The position numbers and the translations under genes are program-made. A stretch of DNA of 64,000 nucleotides, taken from positions 205,530,001-205,594,000 of the forward strand of contig NC_091473.1 of the NCBI RefSeq assembly GCF_036971445.1, given 5' to 3'. Each line of letters opens with the position of its first letter. Within the stretch, counting starts at the first letter, position 1. Under the pieces are notes generated by a model. The model ran no database searches. It saw only the letters and a list, made by a program, of their open reading frames with translations, and was not told the DNA's origin. This stretch comes from Narcine bancroftii (Eukaryota). Of this stretch, positions 10,785 to 22,669 are shown piece after piece.

Positions 10785-11565
10785 CTGTATTCGCTTTCAA
10801 CCTATTGGTTTCTTAAATCATTTGCTCTCTACACCGGTAGGTTGACTGCGTTTCAGTCCATTTAATCAGTGAATTTCATGCATGAATGCAATATTGTCTA
10901 CCGAAAACCGGGAGTGAAACCAAGATCCTGGATCTAGCTCTTTGATGATCGATGCCCGATAGGTTCAGGGGAATATCCAGGTCAATTTTCGCTATCCCAC
11001 GGAATGGGCTCACTGTTAATACTCACGCTCCACCCGCGGTTATCCTCCACTTACTAAGGCTTGGTCAACGGGAAGATAAGGACGCAAAGACTTGAATATT
11101 CGCTTGCTTATCTTGGAGAGTTATTTCGTTTCTAGTTTTTTTTTTAGCTTATACAAGTTTCAGGAATTGTGGCAATTCAGGGTAATGTGTCCTGTTGGTT
11201 GATTCATGTTCTCTTCTTTATATGTCTGGACATTGTCCTTTTCGCAGACACCAATTGTGATCACAGTGACTGAAGGAGACGATTCTCAACTTAATTGTAA
11301 CAATACAAGAACAAGCATAAGTACTCCAAGATTAATCTGGCACCGTATGTATTGCGGCCAGTCACTGTATATTTTGATGGTCAAAACGCAAAATAACGGC
11401 AAGATAAATAGAAAAAAATCACCGAAAACGTTTCTCGATGGTGCTTGATATTTTGAAGCGCACGGTTCCACTGAATGATTCTGAAACATAGCTGGAAGAT
11501 ACGGCCATGCATTATTGTGCTGTGATCCAACAGAGTTACGGAACAGGGGTGAGACTACAAACGTA
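10785..11565 (+). pseudogene. V pseudogene E1, dead paralog of intact E2
   Basis: Leader 10785-10836 with CTG in place of ATG; acceptor AG>TG near 11228; SQTPIVITVTEGDDSQLNCNN...LIWHRMY; stops; EDTAMHYCAV; RSS AACAGAG + 21 nt + ACAAACGTA. Confidence 0.88.
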
Positions 11566-12067
11566 ACAGGTCATCTCATTGCCTGAACAAAGCTTTAAAC
11601 AATTGTTTGCTGCTCCGTACATGCAATACAACCCAAATGGATGACTATCCAATTTTATGCTACTGATAAGATAATTTTATCAGATTAAGTACAATTTATT
11701 GTCATGTAATAAAACAGAAATGAAATGTTATTATGTAATTGCATTTAATCTGTCATTAGGTGGAAAAAGATTGAGCAATATCATTGCCCGGAGTCCCTGT
11801 CATGAGAGAAAGAGATGCAAACGAAAGTCCCCCAAGATTCACTGAGTTTCGCCCTTATCACACTCGAAGCCTCTGAAGCAGCACAAGTCTCAAGTTCAGA
11901 GGCAATCCCAGCCCAGAGTTAAACTTCAAAATCTACAAGGAGGCCTTTGTAAGCCTGTAGGGAGCCATCGAACTAGGACAGGCCAATATGAAACCAGGCG
12001 GGAGCGCTGTGTCTTCGTTCCTCGCGGGTGAGCAGAGGCAATGATGCCATTACAGCAGCTTCGCTTT

Positions 12068-14562
12068 AACCATATAACATGTAACCATATAACCACTTAT
12101 AGCACAGAATAGGCCAATTCGGCCCTATGAGTCCATGCCATAACAAATTCCCTCCCTCCTAGTCCCACTGACCAGCACCCGGTCCATACCCCTCCAGTCC
12201 TCTCCTCTCCATGTAACTATCTAGTCTATCCTTAAATGTAACCAATGATCCCGCCTCAACCACGTCTGCTGGAAGTTCATTCCACGTCCCTACCACCCTT
12301 TGCGTAAAGAAATTTCCCCTCATGTTCTCCTGATAGTTTTCCCGATTCAATCTTAAACCATTCCCTCTAGTTTGAATCTCCCCCACTCTTAATTGAAAAC
12401 GCCTATCCACATTTACTCTGTCTGTCCCTTTTAAAATCTTAAATACCTCTATCAAGTCCCCCCTCAATCTTCTACGCTCCAGAGAAAAAAACCCTAGTCT
12501 GCACAACCTTTCCCTGTAACTCAAACCTTGAAATCCTGTCAACATTCTCGTGAACATTCTCTGCACTCTCTCTATTTTGTTTATATCTTTCCAATAATTT
12601 GGTGACCAAAACTGTACACAGTACTCCAAATGTGGCCTCACCAATGCCTTGTACAATTTCATCATAATCTCCCTACTCTTGAATTCAATACTCCGATTAA
12701 TGAAGGCCAACATTTCAAATGCTTTCTCCACCACACCAAGTACCTGAGTATCAGCCTTGAGGGTACTATTTAGCATCACTCCTAAATCCCTTTGCTGCTC
12801 TGCACATCTCAATATTCTACCATTTAATGCATATGACCTATTCAGATTTGCTTTTCCAAAATGTAACAACTCACACTTATCTGTATTAAATTCCATCAGC
12901 CATTTCTCAGCCGACACCTCCAGCCTTTCTAAATCACCTTTTAAACTACGGTAATCTTACTCACTGTCCACAACACCACCAATCTTTGTATCAACCGCAA
13001 ACTTGCTTATCCAATTCTCCACCCCTACTTCCAGATCATTAATATATATTTAACAAACAATAGTGGACCCCGTATCGATCCCTGAGGAGCTCCACTAGTC
13101 ACCGGTCTCCAATTGGACAAACACGTTTCTACCACTTCTCTCTGACACCTCCCATCTAACCATTGTTGAATCCATTTCACTACCTCCTTATATATACCTA
13201 ATGCCTCCACCTTTTTTCCTAACCTCCTGTGGGGAACTTTGTCAAAAGCTTTACTAAAGTCTAAATAGACAGCATCCAGAGCTTTCCCTTCATCAAACTT
13301 TTTTGTAACCCCCTCGAAAAACTCAATCAGGTTCGTTAAGCATGATCTACCCCTGACGAAACCATGCTTATTATTCCCTATCAATCCCTGTACCTCCAAA
13401 TATTTGTAAATACCATCCCTCAGAACACTTTCCATCAACTTACCCACCACAGACGTCAGACTCACGGGCCTATAATTTCCAGGTTTACATTTGGACCCTT
13501 TCCTAAACAGCAGAAAAACATGCGCCACCCTCCAATCCTTTGGCACTACCCCCGTGACCAGTGACATCCTAAATATCTCTGTTAATGACACCACTATCTG
13601 TCCACAAGCTTCCCTGTGTGTCCTTGGGAATATTTTGTCCGATCCCAGAGATTTATCCACAGATTTCAACACAGCCATCACTACCTCCTCGGTTATCCTT
13701 ATATGCTTCATGACCTCACCACTATTTTTCTTTACTTCAACTAGTTCAATATTTTTTCCCTAGTGAATACCGAGGAAAATAAATAATTCAAAATTTCCCC
13801 CATTTCCTGTGACTTCTCACTCAGCCTACACTCGCTATCTACAAGGGGTCCAATTTTATCCCTCAGTAATCTTTTACTTTTAATGTTCCTAGAGAAACCC
13901 TTTGGATTTATTTTTACTCTGTCTGCCAACGCCTCTTCGTGCCTTTTTTTGGACTTGCTAATTTATTTCTTAAGATTCCTTCTACACTCCTTGCAGTCCT
14001 CCTCAAACTCTCAGCTCCCTACTCTTTATACCTCTTGTTCACCTCCCTTTTTCTCCTAACCAAATTTCCAATATTCCTCGAAAACAAAGCCTCCCTATGA
14101 CTTCCAGCCTTTCCTTTGATTCCCACTGGGACATATCTACTCTGTACCCTCAAAATTTCTTTTTTGAATATCCTCCATTTTTCATTTACATCCTTACCTG
14201 AAAATATCATGTCTCACTCAATACTCCCCAAATCCCTTCTTATTCCTTCGAAATATGCTCTTCTCCAATGCAGAACCTCAACTTTAAGCCCCTCCTTGCT
14301 CTTCCCTAAAACTACACGAAAATTAACAGAGTTATGATCACTACACCCAATGTGTTCTCCAACGTTAATGTCCGATACCTGACCTATCTCATTCCCTAAT
14401 AGGAGATCTAGTATTACACAGTCCCGAGTTGGTTCTTCTACTAATTGATTCAGAAAACAATCTTGAACACATTTAACGAACTCTAGCCCAACCAGCCCTC
14501 TAACTGTATGGGTATCCCAATCAATGTGAGGGAAGTTAAAATCTCCCATGATCACTACCTTA
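12068..14562 (-). mobile_element. CR1-clade LINE, 5'-truncated and fairly young (endonuclease end, RT, 3' tail)
   Basis: ORF pieces IMGDFNFPHIDW, NYRPVSLTSVVGKLME, YLDFSKAFDKVPH, SGAPQGS, RPHLEYCVQFWSP; tandem-repeat tail (CCATATAA-like on +) at 12068-12095. Confidence 0.95.
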
Positions 14563-17194
14563 GTGCCGCCATTATTTCTATATCTTCCCCCACAATCTGT
14601 TGACCAACCAATTCCAGATCAGAGGTGTGCCTTTGAACAATGAGACAGAACTCTGGCTTTGCATCCCTCCTTTTCTCATCCAATGTTATTCTCTGGTTCC
14701 GAGACCTTGACAATAGGAAGAATTTTCCCTTTAAATTTAATCCATTACCGAATTGGTAAAATACGCCTCAAAATTTTGAAAATCCATTATACCCTATTTA
14801 CCCTGTTTTAGGAAGTTATTAGCCTTTCAAATTAACATTCCGATTTCACATATTCTAATTTAATATTCCTGATTTAATTTAACGTGTCTGTGATAACACA
14901 ACATCCGTGGAAGTTACAAGATATACAGCCAGAGGTGGCACTGCAAGAGACCTCAAACACAGGTGACGAGTTGTTGGCTGCAATGGTACGGGAAGCATTT
15001 GAATATGAATCAATACCACATACTGATTTGGTGAATGGAGGAGACGGGAAACAAACTTTTCAGGGCGCAGTTTTAGACATCCTAGATATAAATTTAGCAT
15101 CGTATTTCAACAGGCGTTGGAAAATCCTTCTCATTGTCCATGCCGTAATACTTTGTGTGCTCATTCTATTTGAAAGAAAAAAGCAGTACCCCTTTTATAG
15201 GAGGAGAATTATTTGTCTAAATTGTCTACATTCTGAAGCGTATTTCTGCTGTTTCTGTTCATGCTATTCCGTCTCTCACTGTCTCCAGATTTGTCCAAGT
15301 CTACACCTACCTCTGCTTCGGGGAAGATCCCAACATCTGTAAAGATCCATTCCACACCGGTCACACTCTTCCCCCACCCAGCGTATGACAGAATATTGAA
15401 AATAGGAATACACTATTCAGCTTTTTTGGTCAGATGTTTGAATGGACGTCTTATCAGGTCAGCGTCGATGGCTTGCTCAGTTTCAACTCAATTATCTCCA
15501 TAGCCTACATCTTCTATTTGTAATACAGCCATCTTTTCAGTTTGCAGAAAGTGTGACATTTGTCCACAGCAGTTCTACATATTGTATGTCAATTTGCCTG
15601 TATTTCAGAAAAGACAATATTATTTACTACGTATCAACAGAAATGGCAATTAAAAACTCAAAGTCGTTTTCTGATTTAATTTATGTTATCTGCCATTTGA
15701 GAGGCAGGAGGATAATATAAATAAAAATGCACCAGCAATCATGCTTTAACATATTTGAATATGTGGCATTCTGATTGAAATGATTCTGGCCTAATATTAG
15801 AAAGATACGTTTAATTACAATAGATGCTTCAGAAACTTCCATCGATTTAAAGGTCGCTGGATCGATACATTAACCTGCAGCGAAAATCAAATATGCTGGA
15901 AAAAAGGTATTTAATTTATTTTGGCTTCCTACTGCATGCTATATTATGTGCTACGTTCTCGAAGGCACAGTGCTTAAATCAGAACAGCAAACAATCCAAG
16001 TATCAAGTGAATAAACACACATTTAAAAGATCGATAGCATGAATCATTGGGAAGCTTATATTATTATTTAACGTGATCCTAGCATTATATCATTAACATT
16101 ATTAGAGACACGATCAAGCCTGGTTAAAATAAATAGGCTATATTTGATTTAACCACCATGTTCACCAAGCATAAAAAGTGAAATAATAAATGTAATGAGG
16201 CCAGTGTCGGGTGAATATAATGCCAACTGTATTTGTAAAACCATTAACAAAAATTAGAATAAACTGGAGAGTAAAGCGTGAAAGAATGACAAGGAGATGT
16301 AAAACTATAAATGGAACTGTTGCTTCTGATGGGAAAACTTCCATCAAAAGAGTGAAAAATGTGTTTGCAATGGAAAATGATATATGGACTATCCACTTCA
16401 AAAGCGACAGTGTAAGATGAAGAATAGCCGGGCCAACTATTCGAAGGTCTATTTAATAATAAACGGCGGATTAACGTAAATAATGCGAGACGTGCAAAAT
16501 ACACAGGAACTAAAGGATGAGCCGTTGGCATGCTATTCCATATAGTTAAGCTGGTCACATCTGCCATAATTTCGACTACAGGGCCTCAGAGGAGTAAGAG
16601 AGCAACGAGCGAGAGGCTTGAGTGTGGTTGGGGATAAGTATGACAAAAGTGCAACTTCAGTTAAATTGTGCGAATGGACTTATACCATCTTTGCTACTTA
16701 GACACACATGCATCTTGATGACGTCAGCTAACTTTTGCATTTTACTCTCGGCGTTATCACGCCTATTGTAGGGATGAGAGAACAGCTTGATCCAAAAGAG
16801 ATCATGAATCGAAAACATTTATTTCCATATTTATGGGCTGGTCAATGATATGCCATTCCCGTACAATATCCAAAGGTATGCGCCGCCGAAATGCCATTTT
16901 CCCATTATTCGAGCTAATGATTAGGCTTTTATATTATTCCAGTTATTCAAGTAAAGCACACAATATATTTCCTCAACGCGATTCAAAGTTCATGTATCCA
17001 CGTGCTGAAATACTGAAGACTTCAGAGAATGAGAACTGAGCCCTTGACATCTCGAAATTTTCAGACAGCATTGAAAGGTGGGGGAGAACCAAAGTTTGCA
17101 TTTGTTTATGCTGTTGCCAGTTGAATCGCACGCCGCATGACGGGGCTTACGTAAGATTTTAGAATCGCAAGAGAGAAACGACTCCCACGGTTAT

Positions 17195-19010
17195 GACTTA
17201 TTTTTGTTGATATTTTATTTAGATCATTTAAGGTTAAACATGCAACCAACAGGAAAAAAAACATAACATCTCAAATACAGAAAAGAGCGAGTAATCGATG
17301 ATACATAATCCCTCATCCAACCCGCCCCACCCTCACCAAGAAATGAAAAGAGAGAATTAGTAAAGAAAGAAGAAATCTCGATGAAAAATATACAAAAGAA
17401 CATTAAAATAAAGATAAATAAGTAAGAAAAGAAAGAACGGTGGATGTCGGGAATCTGTAGTCTCCTACACAGCTTTCAAATTTTCAAAACTTGAAAGTCT
17501 CTAGGGGACTTTGACGTCGGTCTCGAGGGCGATCAGGGATGGGGCGTCCGTGGGCTGAGCACAGCTAAAGATTGATACTCATAGTTTGTATATATGGCTG
17601 TCATACATTTAAAAATTGCATCCCATATTATTTCTTAGGTTATAGATAATCTTCTCAAGGGAAGGACAACTGTGCATTTCCACATCCAACGAGTTATACC
17701 TCCATGGGCATCAAACTTCGAAGTAACCACTTTCTATTGCCTGGCCACTGGCAATGCTTCTTGACAAATTGTATTTGATATTTGAGCAGCCTCATCTTTG
17801 GTCTTACTCCCACAATATTCCCATTTAAAAACAGTTCAGGATTTTGTGGAATTTGAAGCCAAATAATTTTCTCTCGGAAACTCCCTTCACCCACCCAGAA
17901 GTGTCTCACCTTGGGACATGACCAGGCTGAATGTAAAAGGGTTCCTATCTCCTCGCCTCATCTCAAGAATTGTTCCGAAAAATCTGAATGTAATTTATTT
18001 AGTTTATTTCGGCGTGATATATAACTGGTGCAAAAAAGATTATTCTGCACCCGTCTGGATCTTACATTTATTGTGTTTGTCCTACTGACTGAAATAAATC
18101 GGACCATTTTTATCTATTAATTCTTATATTTAAGTCTAGACTTATCTAACCCTACCCACCCACCCCGTTAAGGAGTTTTACTATGAAGTAAGAGATACAT
18201 TCTGTTGTATGTTTCTTTGTGTTTTCGTTCTGATTCAGACTGCTCTCATCACTGCACCTTGGTAGAATCATTGTTAGGTCCAACTTGTCCCTTAAGTAAG
18301 CTCTGAACTGAAAATAGTAGAAGATTGTATCATTCACAATATCGTACTTAGTTTCTCATTGATCAAATGACATTAGTTGACTCTGCTCATAACAGCCCTC
18401 GATATACCTGGTCCATTTCGTGTATCGGTATTCAAAATGTTACTATTGGTTGTTTAATATATGAACATATCCAGATTCAGGGGTGTTTTCGGAGAAAGTG
18501 TAACCTCAACCCTGCACAGACCCAATCTGATAATTTATTGCATACCAAATACTTTTTTATATGGAGACTCGAGTTATCTTACATTTCCAATGAAAAAATC
18601 TGACTTATTTATTTAAATACTTAAAAAAAACTGAGGCAACGTTATGGGCAGCGTCTGAAACAGATATTGTACTCTTGTAAATATATTCATTTTTACACAA
18701 TTGACTTTATAGCTAATAGTATTGGTATTCAAATCCTCTTCAAATATTTTAAGCAACCGGAGATAACTTAACGTGCATAAATTTTTAAAATTGTCGCTTC
18801 TCGTCACTACATATTGTATCCAATTCAGCGGCCACGGACATTGAGTTTTTCTTTGTCACCTCCAAACGGCTTAATTTCGCATTTATCCCAATTTATTTTA
18901 GAACCTGTGTCGTTCCACATAGTCTTCCAGTTCTGAGTACAATTTGTGAAATGAAGTTGCTGATTCTGTCAAATATATCAGTACATCCTCTGCCAACAAA
19001 TTCGTCCGAT
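17195..19010 (-). mobile_element. Decayed L1-clade LINE, 3' portion
   Basis: T-rich tail near 17200; minus-strand VKMNIFTRVQYLFQTLPI, FYYFQFRAYL and AEDVLIYL (YADD-like). Confidence 0.8.
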
Positions 19011-19019
19011 ATATTAGAA

Positions 19020-19150
19020 CAGTGGTTCTCAACATTTTTCTGTTCACTCACATACGACCTTAAGCAATTCCTTATTAATCATAGAGCAGCTACGGCATAG
19101 GGAATACTTAAAGTGGTATGTGAGTGGATACAAAAAGATTGAGGCCATTG
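19020..19150. mobile_element. hAT-type MITE, 131-bp monomer
   Basis: Imperfect TIRs CAGTGGTTCTCAA...TTGAGGCCATTG; exact 8-bp TSD TATTAGAA (19012-19019 and 19151-19158). Confidence 0.88.
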
Positions 19151-19199
19151 TATTAGAATATCTTTTATGTAATTTCTGAGGGGTAAGATATAGCTGAAA

Positions 19200-20330
19200 C
19201 ATAGAAATTACATTGCATCACTATATCTTACATTTATGTGTATTGGTCATGCATTCCTATCATAAATAGGAGCAGTTTGTATCACCAAAATTTTTATTCA
19301 AGCCCATTTCAATTTTTGTTTTGATTTATATAACTTCCCCTACTGAAGTAAGGAATACATTGCAGATGTAAACTTTCCTGGGTTCCCCTTTCGAATCAGC
19401 ATTTCCATTTCACTGCACTCTGGGAACATCATGGCCGATTCTAAATCATCTCCAAAAACTATTAAGATTGTATTATTAAGAATATTTTTAACAGTTCAAA
19501 TGATATTAATTGCCTTTGTTTACAGGAATGTTCCTCATACCTGCTGTCGTTATGGAACCATTTATGCAGAATATTATTATGCATTGTTAGTTATTTATGT
19601 ATTTTGAGTCAAAGTCTTCTTTGAAGATCTTTTTTACCTTGGTTATAATTAGATGATTCAATTTAAACTAAATATTCAAACTATGCTTTGTTAAAGGTGT
19701 TTCATTTCCACCAGAAATAGATTAAATATTCCATGCATATATGAGATCATCTGATACGCTCTCACCGACTTTGTGCACTTCAGTTTCTATCCATGAAGGC
19801 TCGTCTCCTCCATCAAAGAGGGAAGTGACAAATTTCATCTGGGCCACTCAGTAATATGTAAAAGTTTGGAATTGAAACCCCACCCCCCTCCACATATAGT
19901 ATTTCCAAACTAATGCTTCCGTGGAAACTCTGGCTAACTTACTTTTCCAAAGAAACTTCCTAACTTATTAATAATTTAAAAAATCTTTCTTGGTAATGGC
20001 ACTGGAAGTGTCTGAAAGATTCACTGTATACACGGGAATATATTTATTTTCATAACAATTAACTCTTCCAAAGTTATTGGAAAAGTCGAACATTCATTTA
20101 AATCTTCTTCAACCTTTTTAAACAAGGGGATGTAGTTCATCTTCCACAAAATCTTCAAGTCATTATCTGTTTTTAATCCCAAAATACATAATCCCATTCT
20201 TCAGTTGACTGTGATGATTTCTTTTGGATGTACAGGTGCTTGAAATTCCTACCATTGGGAGCTAAAAAGTTGAAGGAAAAAAAACGTGAAAATCAATCTT
20301 CCGATGAGAGGAAGAAGTAAAGAATAAATG
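19200..20330 (-). mobile_element. Old L1-clade ORF2 C-terminal fragment
   Basis: Minus-strand GG..PNFYIY-like motif near 19850-19895; otherwise heavily decayed. Confidence 0.5.
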
Positions 20331-20400
20331 GACAGAGAGTAAAAGAGGACATGACCCTTGAGCCAGAGAACACTCTCGACGAAACCATTTAGCTCTACGT

Positions 20401-21422
20401 CAGGGGTGTCAAACTCAAATTCACGGAGGGCCAAAATTAAAAACTTGGACTAAGTCGAGGGCCGAACTAAATATTTATTGAAAATTTTCAACAACATCTG
20501 CATGTTTTCTCTTCTTTCAACGTATGTAATGTTAAACTTTTTCTTATTAAAATTAATGTTTAATAATAGTTTTGGATAAACTCTTTCCAGAAGCATTAAC
20601 AAATGAGAAATAAAATATTCAATAAGTAATATTTCTCTATAGAGGATTTGTCAAATGTTGCTAGTGTGCTGTCGAATAGTAAAATCTGAGGGCTATTGAG
20701 AATGTGGGAGAATAACATGATTCCTGAAACAATCAAATGGGTGACCGATTGTGGGCATGAATTCTAGCAGGGTTATTTGCATGCCCTTTTTCTATTGGTA
20801 CAGATATCCTTTGATTTACACACTTTTCAAGTTTTATGCCTAATGAGCTTGTATACAGGTGCAGGACCATTTTTAACCAGGAATATATTTATCACTGTTA
20901 CATGAAACTATTGGAAGATCGTTTTATCCTGAGATTAAAGTTCATAATACTTACTCAGGCCTGTGTGCGGGAGGGCAGGGTTTGCAGGCGATCGGGTTGG
21001 ACATCGACAGTGCAGGGGCATCGGCTCTCACTGCAGGGCAGCATCTCGGCGGATCAGCGGCCCCATCACCATAAGTCACGGATTGGCCTGCGGCACAGAG
21101 GAGGAGTGAGCAACGGTCCTGGTGAGATCAGGCCTGAGGCCTCTGGTTCTGGGTGCTGGGAAGTGGCCTTGGCTTCCCCTGACACCGGCCAGGCCCAAAA
21201 ACCAGAGTCCATGGTGAGACCCTGCAACGTAAACAGTGGAGGTGGGGCGATTAGCAGGCTGATGCAAATGCATTCTGGGATTTGTTGTATTACTGTGCAT
21301 GTGCTATACTGGCACGGAGGCCAGCGGGCCACCTCTAATACATTTTTGAAATTATCTTGCGGGCCAAATATAATTATATCACGGGCCAAATTTTGCCCGC
21401 GGGCCAGTGTTTGACAGTTGTG
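20401..21422. mobile_element. Non-autonomous hAT (Charlie-like) DNA transposon
   Basis: TIRs CAGGGGTGTCAAAC / GTTTGACAGTTGTG, subterminal GGGCC repeats, 8-bp TSD CTCTACGT / CTCTACAT. Confidence 0.88.
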
Positions 21423-21897
21423 CTCTACATTCCTTCGACTTAATGTTGTTTGTTGCCAAAGTTGCAAAGTGGAAGGCCTCCATGTCACATCTCAGTTGCA
21501 GCCTCGGTGAAGATATTTGAGTTGCACACTGAAAGTAAACGAAGTTGCTTCGAAGTTATGAAATACTAAAGACTGAAGTCACTGTGAGTATAGAAAAAAT
21601 ACGGAATGCTGGAGTAATTTAGCAGAAGGTAAAGATGTATATCCAAATTTTTAGACAGGCGTTTCAATTAAATATAAACGTTTTAATTTGATATGGAGAA
21701 GCGGGCCAGCAGAGAGGAATTGATTGGGAGGATGTTTTCGCTAAATGACGACAGAGCTGGTCTTGTAGAGGAAAAACAGATAGGCGTCTTCATTCAATGG
21801 AAAGTCAGGAGAAAAGTACAGGCAAAAAGTGAAATGGTGTTAACGTGCTATTGAGATGAGGAAAAGGAGAGAATTCATTGGGGAGGATGTTTGGGTC

Positions 21898-22042
21898 NNN
21901 NNNNNNNNNNNNNNNNNNNNNNNNNNNNNNNNNNNNNNNNNNNNNNNNNNNNNNNNNNNNNNNNNNNNNNNNNNNNNNNNNNNNNNNNNNNNNNNNNNNN
22001 NNNNNNNNNNNNNNNNNNNNNNNNNNNNNNNNNNNNNNNNNN
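21898..22042. other. Assembly gap
   Basis: Run of N. Confidence 1.
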
Positions 22043-22669
22043 TAGCTGGAGGAAAAAGGAGAAGGGGATTCTGATGGTAACACGAGAAGTCGATGTAAAT
22101 GCCATCTGGATGGAGGGTTCCCGAAGCGATTATGACATTTTTCTCTACAGTGTTCAGGTTGTCTCGGTCTTATAGTTTACCAGAATATCCAGCAATTTAC
22201 ATAAGGGAATCGGACAGGAAAGAAGGCACGTATTGAAATTGCGGTCGATGGTAGTCTGAATGCATCAGGACCTACATTTTGCAATCGCCCAACCAACTAA
22301 TGCGGAGCACTGACTGAGAAATCCAAATTTAGGGGCAATGCCCGCTCGTCTTATCGAAATAGAAACATGCCCCTGATCCGCATTTCATCACATCTCTCCG
22401 ATTCAGAGAACAAACACGACAGATTAAAGCCAGACGCCATGTTTTTCCCCAGACCAAAGAGAACGCCGTTTCTCTGGTCAATATGGATTATCATGTACGT
22501 TTTACCCGATGAATTCAAGTTTCCATGGCATTGTTGCGCCCACGATATTTTTCTTATCTCCTTGACTAGTTTCATATTAATTATAATGTTTATTATCGTT
22601 GTCGTTGAACAATATACAGATGCGCAGACATTTCTACGCTGCAGCCATGCGGATGTTTGATAAATAAAT

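Larger units (their letters stand above)
8900..15990 (+). repeat. Segmental duplication copy 1 (paralog of about 54350-59740)
   Basis: Collinear matches, e.g. 9690-9750 vs 55223-55285, 10250-10280 vs 55790-55820, 14950-15000 vs 58680-58730, 15970-15988 vs 59722-59738. Confidence 0.85.

Noticed and set aside
14884-15342. 152-aa ORF as a novel gene
   Set aside because: No recognisable domain, and the paralogous sequence near 58620-59090 does not preserve the frame.
20836-21414. 192-aa ORF as a transposase
   Set aside because: It lies inside a 1-kb non-autonomous hAT element and has no hAT transposase motifs.
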